Shown here in pieces: positions 51,659 to 63,539 of a stretch of 64,000 bases of DNA. The translations under genes and the position numbers were made by a program. Under the pieces are notes generated by a model. That model did no database searches. It saw only the letters and a program-made list of their open reading frames with translations, and had not been told where the DNA came from. Position 1 is the stretch's first letter. The number at the start of each line of letters is the position of its first letter. This DNA comes from Octopus bimaculoides (lineage: Eukaryota): the NCBI RefSeq assembly GCF_001194135.2, contig NC_068997.1, positions 6,046,147 through 6,110,146 on the forward strand. Direction: 5' to 3'.

Positions 51659-52120
51659 TGAAAAACAGTCAGAAAGAAATTCTGTGTCCTTGTGCTTTTT
51701 CTCTATATTGAGACTTCATGTTATACATTTATCCTACCACTTCACGTTGTGTTTCACACACTACAAAAAAAAATTAAGTATTTTAGCAGTATTTTAACTA
51801 TATGATAATCATGCAGAAGATATTTTGTGGAAAATTTCTTGTCATTGTTATAACTTGCCTTATCATTGAATTATTTTCACGTAAACTATTTATTCTTCGA
51901 CTCATTCTGTAGTCTGTTTGTTGTGCGAAGACAATGTTTCATCGATGAGGTCTTCTAAGATTTAAACAATAGCAGAATTGTCTGTATAACTACCAAACGT
52001 CAGGTACACTACTTTATCTCTTCTAGCTATCTCTATTTAAATTTTGACCAATTGAAAAATCGGAGTTCTTTCCCTTAAGTCTTTTTCTGTATTCTAATGA
52101 CGATTCTTATTACAATTTAC

Positions 52121-52753
52121 GGATCTATTTTAAAACGGGGGAGCCAGTTTTCATTTATGTTTTATGTAGTGTTTTTGGTACGGAAAGACTTTCAAACTTC
52201 GTATACTTATCTATTTTGTGTTATAGAACAGAAAAATATTTTTGTATTCGAATTTATTTCATGTAAAAAATTGTCTTATTTCGATAATTTCTACTAATCA
52301 CTGACGTCTATTCAGTTGAAAACAGTTAGCGCTGTAACGCTGTATATCGTATTAATCCCCTAACCCTAACTAGACTGTTAACCGTAACCCTAACTCTAGA
52401 ATCCGAACTCTAAAATTGTTACACACATAGACACGCACAGCGTAATTTATTATATAAACAATATATGCGTATAAATTACGATTAAACCGGATGAAATATG
52501 TCACAGGGAATAACATTTTTATGACCGCCCAGCAGTAACTCTATTGAGCTGAATAGACGTCAGTGATTGGTTGAAATTACAGAAATACGACAACTTTAAC
52601 ATGGAATAACTTGCGAATTCCTTTTTTTTTTGTTAAGAAGACTAAGAGTAAAAGATGTTTTATATGACACATTCTACCAGTGTCCCAAGTTTCAAAGTGT
52701 TTCGTTAGTGTTTCGTTAAGAAAATACTGGCGCCCCCGTTTTAAAATAGATCC
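52121..52753. mobile_element. Non-autonomous DNA transposon with GG-starting TIRs and an 8-bp TSD (Merlin-like)
   Basis: 28-bp TIRs GGATCTATTTTAAAACGGGGG(A/C)GCCAGT match at 27/28 positions; perfect TSD caatttac at 52113-52120 and 52754-52761. Confidence 0.88.
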
Positions 52754-53359
52754 CAATTTACAAGTATGATAGACTGAATTTACACCTATATGAAGAATTT
52801 TAGATGTTTTTTTTTATATATACGTGACTCGGAAGCCAGCTCCTTAACCACACAGCTACACTTGCACCTGTTTAACACTAGCAGTAATACCCGTCGTTGA
52901 TCGGGTAGTTACTTTTACTGTTTCTCATGCAGAGAAGCTAGAAAAAATGGGTATACTATATAGAAGAATAGCTTTACGGAATCCAGGTAGCTGCGATGGT
53001 CATAATGAAAAAGGATCACTCCGTCGGTTTCGACGACGAGGGTCTCAGCTGATACGATCAATGGAACACCCTGCTCATGAAATTAACGTGCAAGTGATTG
53101 AGCAATCCACAGACACATGTACCCCTAACGTAGTTCTCATGGAGACTCAGCGTGACACATAGCGTGACAAGGCCGACCCTTTGAAATACAGGTACTACTC
53201 ATTTTTGCCAGCTGAGTGAACTGGAGCAATGTGAAATAAAGTGTCTTGCTCAAGAACACAACGCGTCGCCGGGAATCGAACTCACGACCTTACGTGAGTC
53301 TTAACCAGATGACATCGCTCGATCTTCAGGTTATGAAGTCCAAGATCATGGTGTGGTAA

Positions 53360-53990
53360 TGTAGGATTTTGTAATCTTGGAAGGACCTGTGAGGTCTGTC
53401 TCGATAGGGGTAATCAATCAATAGTAATCTAATACTGCGTCTTTACATTAGTTGCACCAGACCACGAATTTGTGGGACCATAAGGTTGGGAAGAGGGTAT
53501 ATCGTAATAGGCAAGATCTGTCCTCAGTGAAGATTATTGATCCAAGGTACGTGAATAGGTGTGTAGTGACGTCATTTGGCGCCAAAATACAGTCGCCATT
53601 ACTGCGTTTTCATCCACGCATGCGCAGGGAATAGTTCCGGAAGGAACACGGGAAGAGTCCCATGCGCATGCGTGGAATTCAACATCTAAACATTCCCGCT
53701 TTTTTCATTCTCTTTTCTCGCCGGCCGGCGAAGAGGTAACACAGGTCCAACAGAGCTCTCTCACATGAGCGTGGTCGTATCAAGCTGTCTCTCCAACATT
53801 CCAACTCTGGGGACAGCTCACAACAACATTCCGGCGTCTCAGCAACCATGCCTGTTTTCCGCCATGAATAAATATTGTTATGTTTCTGGTTTAGAGACTG
53901 CGTTATCCGTTCTTAAATTTTTCCTTAAAGTTTGATGTGAGGAATTAGTTATTTAACCTAAAGGTTGAATAAAGAAAGATATTTCTTACA
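53360..53990 (+). mobile_element. Probable solo LTR
   Basis: TGTAGGA...TCTTACA inverted termini, AATAAA near 53867 and 53968, CpG-rich interior. TSD imperfect (ggtaa/ggtgt). Confidence 0.45.
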
Positions 53991-54675
53991 GGTGTGTAGA
54001 TGGTGAATTTTCAAACTCACCTCGGATGGAATTTGAACTCACATCGCAGCTTTAATAGTCTCCCCTATCCCTGCGCCTACCCACCATTTATGCAGAATAA
54101 TTGTTGGCGCTGGGTGGATATCAAGTTGAACACGGGTTTCTATCCCCCAGGAAATGTACTCTTGTCACAACAACAGCATTAACATTAATAGCAACAAAAG
54201 CAACAAAACCATTATTACGTCGTGTCCATTATATATATTTTATTATGATTTTGGGTATTTTTTCGTTCTTGTTTTAATCTTTCTTTTTAAAACCCTGTTT
54301 ATTTTGCACCTTTTTTAAAATTTTGTGGTCATTAACCCCTTATCTAATTCACTGCAATAGGGGACAATTATCCCTCTTTTTGTTTTGTTCAAGCTCAAGG
54401 CTATAGAAGGCTATACAAAACAAAATATAATCTGAAAATAGCGGTTAAAATCCTGCATTAAAATCCTCACAATAACAAACACAAAGACAATAATGATAAG
54501 AAGAGAAAAAGACTGTGGATGAGGTGTATGAAGAGAATTAAGGGAAAAGGAAGCTAATGATCATAGGCGAAAAACGAAATTCAAGAAAGATAGAAAGGGA
54601 TGAGAGACGAAACGAAAAGAAATAGATTTAACAATTATTTAATAAAAATCAATATTTATGTCTGTCTGTCTGTAT

Positions 54676-56640
54676 GTCATTATTCAGTTTTATTTCAAGA
54701 TTTCTTGCCAATTGAGAAAGAGCCGGTCTCTAACTTAGATCCAAGGTTCCTTCATTGGAATTTCAACATCAACAGGGTATGTATGCATGCATATATGTAT
54801 GTATGTATACGCGCAGATTTTATGTTTGTTTTATGTATGTCTTCTCATGCATATACTTGCATATCTAGACATGCTCATCTATACTTAAATGATAAACTTC
54901 TGGAAAGGTTTCTGCAGGTTTCTTAATAGTTCAGCCTAGGTATTCTCCTTTTCACTGATCTCAGCTTTATGTTAACATCCACTGGGCCGCTGATTTCCAC
55001 AACTGTACGCAATTTCTCTTCTCTATCCCAAATCATTATATCAGGTCTATTGAGTTTACATTTTATTGAGGTTTTCACTGGGACATTCCACCAGTACTCC
55101 TTTTTATTATGAGTGGCTATGGCTTCCACCATACTGTGATTTCTCATTTTTTTATCCTCGGGCTTATCCTTCCGAAGGATTTCATTATATAGTGTCCTAG
55201 CTACAGCATCTTGTCTCATTGGTTCATAATACTGTGATGACATTTTTGAACAACAGTTTATGATGTGGGTGATATCTTCCACAAAGTCTGCATCAGTTGT
55301 CACATTTTATTGCTTCTCCTGCATTTCTGTTCCTTTTGTGCATCAGATATTTGGTTGATATTTCCTGTTCCTGGATTGCAAACGTATATCGTTCGAAGTG
55401 GGAGATAGCAATCTGGTTGTTAGTTCATGATAAACAGCTTTGGCTGTCAATGTTACTATCATCTCGGAGCTTTCTACTAACATATCCATGCATGGTCTTC
55501 CACTCATATTTGCTCATCTTTCATCTAATGATATGTTGCGGTAGGGTTGTGCCAGACAAGAAATGCTGTTCAAGTAGCTGTCTTCCAAGTCTTATGATGT
55601 TACCAGCCTCATCTGTGCAAACTTGGTCAGGGATGAACATCGACACTTGATGGCTAAAAGATGCTGCCGAAGGGATATGATACGACATTCAATGGCAATT
55701 TGGATCGATGTTAAGCCTCTGCCGCCTTGTTTTCGTTTTATGTAGGGACAGTCTATGTTACTGTTGATGTGAAAATTATGTGTGCTGGTTAGTATCTTCC
55801 GGGTTTTCACATCAATGGCTCGGATCTCATCAAGCATCCAATCAAGCAGCCCAAATGTTGGTATGGCACTGCAAACACATTGCGGGCCACTGTTTTATTG
55901 AATGCAGAGAGTTCCGAGGTTCAAATTTTCTTTATTCGGCTGTAATATTCTTTAGTGAGACGTGTTTTGTTACAGATACCATTGTAAGATATGTTTTCAT
56001 CCACTCCTAGATACTTGTAACATTTCTCATTAGATATATGGGAAACAATTAAGTCATTGATGGAGATGTTGCTAGTTTGGTTTACAGTTTTCCCTCTTTC
56101 ACAAACATATAGCAACATTTCTCCTGACCAAATTCCAGTCCTATAACTTTTGAGAATGTTGTAACCAGGTCAAGACTATTTTTCATCTCATGCATATTCT
56201 TTGGATATAGTTTCAAATCATCCACGAAGAAAGTGTGTAATTTTAGTATTTCCGTTTCCTTGTGAACCAGTGAGATATCTTTTCTGACTTCCTTAATATG
56301 AACGACAAGGGGTTTACAGAAAGTATAAACAACATCACAGAGAGACTGCGATATTATATTCTATCAGTGATAATACAGTGACTCCTTGTGTTTAATTTCA
56401 AGATGGTGGCCCACGATGAAGTTAGATCAGTTATGGCTTTGATTATGCTTACTGGGACTTAAGCAAGTTGAAGGGCTTCTAGAAACCATGAGTGGGAAAC
56501 AGAGTTAATGACTTTCTTGTAGTTTAACCACATTGAAACTAGGTTCCTTCTATGCTCTCGCACTTCTGACATTACAGTTTTGTTTATTAACGATTGCTCG
56601 GCTCATCCCCAGACTCCTTTCTTCCCAACCGCTTACTCTG
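54676..56640 (-). mobile_element. R4/Dong-type RLE LINE: degenerate RT, CCHC, RLE and 3' UTR
   Basis: YKYLGVDEN, LDEIRAIDVKTRKIL, RKQGGRGL, WWNVPVKTSIKCKLNRPDIMIWD; 3' UTR shared with 28441-29413. Confidence 0.9.
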
Positions 56641-57703
56641 CTGTAATGACGTTATTGCTTTCACAATTGTCTTGGAGGAAGAGGTTTAAACATGTTGTAC
56701 AGTGGCGGCTCATATATAGGCACTGTGGAACTGCAGCACCCCTTGTTTCCACTCGATATTACCGATAACATTCAATATAATGAGTCCCTTTTTCTTTAAT
56801 TCTTTCTTTATATTTGTACATTAAATAACCCTTAAACTTAATGTCAGAAGCCATCCCCTAGTTTACGAAAAAATACAAAAATCCTTGTACAGAACTGTGC
56901 GTTTCACAGTTCTAGCGACGCGGCGTTTGGCTGTTGTGCGCATGCTCACATGTCCGAGATAGGAAGCTGCACACTAGGGACAGAGAGAGAGAGAGAGAGA
57001 GAGAGCACTGTGGTTCACGCAGTGCCGACCCTGGTGTGCTGGTGAAAAGTAATGTTTCTTTTTGACTCCGCGTGTGTTGTTGTGTTGTGCTTAAAAACGT
57101 GTTTATATTCTTGAATGTGATAAAGTATAGAATTAGATTATTATCCTGCTTCCAGCTTCAGTGGTGCTGCCAAGATTTGAAAAACAGGGCAAATTTGTCC
57201 CCTTATTTTGTAATTTAGGGGGGATTTTTGAAAAACAAGGGGAATTTGTGGCGGTGTTCAGTGAACAAATTAAACACACTACCCGGCAGTGACTAAAACA
57301 CGAAGCGATCAAGTTAATGCATAAATTTTTTCTTTATATGTTTGTTTCCTTTTACACAATATTAAAACAACGGCTAAAAATTTTCTGAAGCAGCAACCCC
57401 ACTAATTTTATCTACCCACCAACATCGCTTGACAACTGATACTGGTGTGTTTATGCCCCATAATCTAGCGGTTCGGCAAAAGAGACTGATAGAATAAGTA
57501 CTAGGCTTACAAAGAATAAGANNNNNNNNNNAAAAGAGACTGATAGAATAAGTACTAGGCTTACAAAGAATAAGACCTGGGGTCGATTTGCTCGACTAAA
57601 GGCGGTGCTCCAGCATGGCCGCAGTCAAATGACTGGAACAAGTAAAGGAGTAAAGGAATATATATATATACACACATACATACATGTACATATATGTATA
57701 TAC

Positions 57704-57755
<52 letters not shown>

Positions 57756-57765
57756 NNNNNNNNNN

Positions 57766-57798
<33 letters not shown>

Positions 57799-57880
57799 TA
57801 CAATAGAAAATCTCAGAAAATATGATGGCGCTCGGTCATACATGCACATTTGCTAGTATCGTCGAATTTGCAACAGGAAT

Positions 57881-57938
57881 ATCATACTGATGAGGTAATG
57901 AAGAGTTTTTCCTTCTAAACCAGAAACATGTATATGAT
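57881..57938 (+). ncRNA. Minimal type I hammerhead-ribozyme-like motif
   Basis: aucaua CUGAUGA ggu...acc a GAAA caug UA uaugau. It has a 6-bp stem I, palindromic stem III ACAUGU and a GUA triplet, with one extra A before GAAA. Confidence 0.5.
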
Positions 57939-58904
57939 TAACTGTGGCTAGTTTAGTTTGTTATTTTTCTTCTTGTTTTGCCTATGTGAGTTGCAGGTAA
58001 CTGTTATCTGTTGGAGTTTCAGCATTTTAGCTGCTATTTCTGAACTTCGGTATGTGGTGAAGCAACTTGTTGCTGATCCCTTAATTTTGTTTATATATAT
58101 ATATATATATACACACATATATATAATATATATGATGTATATATTTGTACACACGTACGTACATAGATACATACATACATCCATAGGTACTTTTTGGTTA
58201 TCTCCCCCCCCTTTAAAAAAACTGGCTTATCTCCCCACTAAAAGATCGAGTTAAAGTGGCGACAACAGATTGGGTTAAAAGACTTTAAATTCAATACTTC
58301 AACAGATTGTGACGTTTGGCCTCCCCAATAGTATGATTTGTCATAAAAATATTATTAGATTCAGTAAGATATTTAATTTTTTTCAGTTTTCATGTTTATT
58401 AACTTTTTCATTTTTTTGTTTTGTTTTATTGCAGCTTAAACAGTTTTCTCAGTTGAAGGAGATAACCAAAAGTACCGATATTTCTCGTAAAATGGAGAGA
58501 AATAAGTCAATTTTTTAATGGTGGTGAAATAACTAAAAAGTACCCATACATACATACATACATGCATACATACATACATACATGCATACATACATACATA
58601 CATACATATTGGACTCTTCCGTCGAAGACGATGTATGAGCGTTCAGCTTGCCCAACAACCGGCACAAATGATTTGCTTAAAATGATCAAATGTTCGTGCC
58701 GCACATTAACTCACTTTCCTCATCAAATCGACGTTGTCTGTACAGATGCGCTTTGTACCACGCATCAAATGTCGAAGTGATCGCAGAGCAACATGAAATG
58801 AAGTGTAATGCCCAAGAACACAACACACCACCCGGTCTAGGAATTGAAACTACGATCTCGCCTTCGTAGATACAATGTTCTATCCATTAGGTTTTACTTG
58901 TTTC

Positions 58905-59065
58905 AATCATTACACAGTGACCATGCCGGGGCACCGCCTTGAGTTTTAGTCGAACGAATCGACCTCTGTACTTATTTTTTAAGTTTCGTAGTTATTCTAT
59001 GGTCTCTTTTGCCGAACAGCTAAGCTATGGGGACCGTTTGTCAAGCGGTGGCGGGGGAGAAACAC
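58905..59065. mobile_element. Short interspersed family D (ggcaccgcc...gccgaaccgctaag). Other copies at 42165-42298, 42465-42630, 62372-62460 and 57420-57650 (opposite strand)
   Basis: Multi-copy motif visible by eye. Confidence 0.75.
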
Positions 59066-59885
59066 AGACAGACACACACGCGCGCGCGCACGACCGGTTT
59101 CTTGCAGTTTCCGTCTACCAAATCTGCTCACAAGGCTTTGATCAGCCCGAGGCTATAGTAGTAGACACTAACCTAAGGTACCATGCAGTGGGACGGAACC
59201 CGGAACCGTATGGTTGGGAAACAAACCTGTTACCACACACCCACGCCTGCGCCTATGGTGCCTATTATATATACACAAGTCAGTGAACAAATAAATAAAT
59301 AAAAAATGTAATACTCAACTCATTTGATAGGAATAATATATGTTTGATAGCATTTTAACTCAACTCTGCATGATTAAAGTTTCGTGAGCACATAGGACAC
59401 GCCACGGAACTTTAATCATGTGAAACTGAGTCAAGATCGCTGACCACTACATTTATATATTTTTTTCTCCTGGTTTCTCTTCTTATTTCTTTCTGTGTTC
59501 CTTTCAGTTGAAGAGCGTAGCTCGAAACGTCAAAGACTTTCTCTATTCCCGAGCGTTAAACTAATACATCCATTTGTTGTTTACACCACCTGTTGTTTTT
59601 TCGTAAATTCTCTCTTATTAAAGATGTATATATATATGTATGTATGTATGTTTCTTTTTTAATCCTTTGAATTCTTCCCCAAAGCAGAGGTTGGTTTATC
59701 TAACAAAGAAACAAAGCTTCATGGCTGTAATTAAGATGACAGTAACACTAAAGAGTTACATGTTAAACTTTAGAAAAGTCTTGCATACTTTAACTGTTTA
59801 TTATCTCTCTATCCATCTGTCTGTGTGTCCATCCATCTATTTTTGTGTAGGTCAGTGTTGTATTAGTTTGTAGCCCAAGGCGTAG

Positions 59886-60269
59886 GCCCTTGACATGTTT
59901 ACACAAATCAGTAAAATATCTCTCCTAAACTGATGAAAATGAGGTCACAATTACACAAATCTTTCTTCAAAGTTTTTGAGAATTCATTAGTAAAACCAGA
60001 TACTTACAATGGTTGTATTGAATAAGCTTGAACAGGTGTAAAAGTGAATAGTGGTGTTGGTATGGCGATAAGTAAAATAGTACCTCAGGCCCCGGGATAC
60101 TATTTACAGGAATACCAACACATTTACACCTGTTACGGCTTAAACGATACAGCCGTTGCAAATATCTTAATGATATCTCAAAGGTTTCAGTACAGATTTG
60201 AGCAATTGTGACCTCGTTTCATTAGTTTAGGAGAGATATTTCTGTGATTTATGTAAACGTGTCAAGGGC
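59886..60269. mobile_element. MITE with ~80-bp TIRs
   Basis: gcccttgacatgtttacacaaatca...aatatctctcctaaactgatgaaaatgaggtcacaatt is mirrored at 60195-60269. Confidence 0.8.
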
Positions 60270-60662
60270 TCGCATTACACATATACTTAGTGAAATGTTC
60301 TACCTTGGATTCATTATACACACATACACACACATTGCGTGTGAAGATAATACAGATAAAGAGCTGAAGGGAGAGTAAATGTATGTATGTATGTACATGC
60401 AATACTTTGTTTTTGCCTTCCATTTGTTTCTCACACTCTTATACAATCGATTGTGTGCACTCATAATAAGTAGGAAAGTGTGAGTGTGTGCGCAATTCTT
60501 TTTATCTCTTTCACTTTCTTACATTCTCTAATTCACACACACACAATATTTCATGCCGAAATGCACACACACACACACACACATTATACGTGGGTGGATG
60601 AAGACAAACAGAAAGACTGACACAGAGATCATAGATAGATAGACAGACAGATAAGGTGACGG

Positions 60663-61000
60663 CAGGGCCGAATCTACCATTAGGCGAACTAGGCCACCGC
60701 CTAGGGCGGCAACATCTAGGGGGCGACAAAATCTGGGAATGTCTTGGGAAATGCTGACTTAGGAGAGAAAGAGTTTAAGAAATTTATAATTATAAAGTGA
60801 TAATTTTGTTGTTATAATAGAAAATTCACTTATCAAATCATCAGCAATTAGTTAGTAAAGTTTGATAAAGATTTCAGTTACACATACACTTCCGAAATAC
60901 AATGTTCCCGCTAAGGCTTCGGCCCGCTGCGCAGCCTAGTTGTTTGAAAATTACCGCCCGGTTTAATTTGAGCCCCCCCCCCCCCGAAAACAATTGAATT
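60663..61000 (+). mobile_element. hAT-like non-autonomous element, left end only
   Basis: cagggccgaatctaccattaggc...gcctagggcggca terminus; no matching right TIR seen. Confidence 0.4.
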
Positions 61001-61629
61001 TCGAAATTTAACATAATATGTGTATATTTTTACAATCGTTGTTAAAATATTCAAAAGAATGTATAATATACTTAACAGTTGTAATAAATTGTATAATGGC
61101 GAATTGGTTTGCCGGCGAGCTGACTCTATCCCTATATGGTATATACATTAGTAACGTGCTAATGTTTCGGCAAAAAATAAAAAGCAGGATCGGTTAGGCA
61201 TCAGCAAAATTTTTATATCGTAGTTTTGGTACGTGTGGACAGCGGGGGTTTTTTTGGTGGGGTGGGGAGAATTTTTCTTACGAATTTAATCACGGGAGAA
61301 GCCAAGAAGTTTTTTTCCATGGGCATATCCCATTAGGATTTTTAGCTCCTTTTTCACTTAATATCAATCATATGATCGATAATTATTTAATAAATATTTA
61401 TATTAAATTCTTATATAATTTTTGCTTCAAGAAACCATTTAAATTCTATGAGTAAGGCTTGTCAAATTTGAGTAATGTACTCAGTTATATTGAACTAGAC
61501 TTAAACTGTTTTTGTAATCTATATTATAAAATAGAATTGTGTACATATATTTATACATATATACATACACACACACACATATATATATATACACATACAT
61601 ACATATATATATACATACATAATATAATA

Positions 61630-61662
<33 letters not shown>

Positions 61663-61723
61663 GCATATATACATACGTACATTACATACTTACATCTATA
61701 CGTATATATATATATATATATAC

Positions 61724-61758
<35 letters not shown>

Positions 61759-62481
61759 TATGTGGGCACAGGGCGTCACAAAACGTGTACAACAACAAAA
61801 ATACGAAGTACGAGTACATGGAATATGAACTATTTTTTTTTGAATAGCGAAAGACACAAATGGAAAACAAAACAAAAAAAACATAAAGAACGACCCGTCA
61901 TCAGTTGTTGGCTGTTTTTCTACTCACGTATTTCGAGCATTTAACAACAATATACGCTTTCGATGTTGCTCCTGCAAAGCAAATTTGATAAAATTTGGGA
62001 TTTTGCGGAGGGCCAAAATTGGTAACACAAACAAGACAGTGAAAACAAACAGTTAGGGCTGCTAAGCCTAAATGAGGTTGTGGTGGCGAACGCGTTAATC
62101 AAGCTTGGACAGAAGACAGACAAGAACACGTCTTTCTTGTTCCAGCTACAATGAAGAGAAAGAAACACAAGTTAGAAGAAAGAAAGATGGCCGATGGTCA
62201 CGTGGGAGCCATGTGAGCAAGGGAAGAGGAGTGAAGGAGAGAGAGTGACAGAGTAATAGGGTAGAATAGTGGGAGAAGAGGAGGTAAAAGAATAAGAGAG
62301 AGAAAGACAGAAAAACGAAAGAGTTAAAAGATCATATAGAGTGCTATTGCTCTCTTTTGCCAAATTCTATTGCTCTCTTTGCCAAATCGCTAAGTTACGA
62401 TGTCGTAAACCACCAGCATCGGTTGTCAAGCGATGGTGGGGGAGACAAGCACAGACATACAAATACATACACGCGCGTGCG

Positions 62482-62516
<35 letters not shown>

Positions 62517-62544
62517 TGACACGTAAAAGCACCCACTACACTCT

Positions 62545-62695
62545 CTGAGTGGTTGGCGTTAGGAAGGGCATCCAGCTGTAGAAACTCTGCCAAATCAGAC
62601 TGGAGCCTGGTGTTGCCATCCGGTTTCACCAGTCCTCAGTCAAATCGTCCAACCCATGCTAGCTTGGAAAGCGGACGTTAAACAATGATGATGAT
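62545..62695 (+). mobile_element. SINE family E with an RTE-like 3' tail. Reverse copy at ~18160-18350
   Basis: ggttggcgttaggaagggcatccagctg...catgctagc...ggacgttaaac(gat)n. Confidence 0.75.
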
Positions 62696-62849
62696 ATATA
62701 CAACGGGCTTCTTTCAGTTTCCATCTACCAAATCCATTCACAAGGCTCTGGTCGACCTGAGGCTGTAGTAGAAGACACTTGCCGATGTTGCCACGCAGTG
62801 GAACTAAACCCAGAACTATGTGGTTGGGAAATAAGCTTGCTGTAGTTGG

Positions 62850-63428
62850 ACCAAAATGAAGCACCGAAAACCATCCCCAAACCCGAGTTCTTCAAAAAGA
62901 AGGTTATAGTGACTGTTTGGTGGTGTACTGCTGGACTCAGCCACTATAACTTCTTAAAACCCGGAAAAACAATTACTGAAGAAACATATTGCCAAAATGA
63001 ATGAAAAACTGCTATTCTTCCGTCCCAGACTGGTCAATAGAAGAGAGTCAATCATTCTTCCTGACAATGCTCGACCATACTAATGACGCTCCAGAAGTTG
63101 AGGGAACTTGGCTACGAAGTTCTTCCCCACCCAGCTTATTCCCCAGACCTTTCTCCTATGGACCACCACTTTTTCAAGCACCTTGATGGTTTTCTGCGAG
63201 AGAAGGAGTTCAAATATCAAACCAATGCTGAAAGTGCGTTCAAAGAGTTCACCAGCACCAGAACTCCAGATTTTTATGTTAACGGAATAAAAAAACTTCT
63301 AACTCATTGGCAAAAATGTGTTGATTGTTATGGTACTTATTTTGATGAATAACATTTCCACATTGTTGAAATGTATTGTGATGAATTTTACATTTGAAAA
63401 CGTTGCTTACTTTTTACACAGCCTGATA
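62850..63428 (+). mobile_element. mariner 3' remnant with TIR
   Basis: LRELGYEVLPHPAYSPDLSPMDHHFF...WQKCVDCYGTYFDE*; ends tttttacacagcctga|ta. Confidence 0.88.
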
Positions 63429-63463
63429 TATACATATATACAAACATACACATATATACACAC

Positions 63464-63496
<33 letters not shown>

Positions 63497-63539
63497 AAGA
63501 GCTGTAGAATCTTGCATGCATTAATTTCACCTCTACTTA

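Noticed and set aside
57479-57574. Direct 43-bp duplication aaaagagactgatagaataagtactaggcttacaaagaataaga
   Set aside because: The copies flank a short N gap, which is typical of unmerged contig overlap. Similar stutters occur at 41190-41260 and 42191-42560.
2206-62548. Dozens of ORFs such as (MYVC)n, (HT)n, (IY)n, poly-L/S/H/N and X-filled ORFs
   Set aside because: They are translations of microsatellites or N gaps, with no splice context or protein-like composition.
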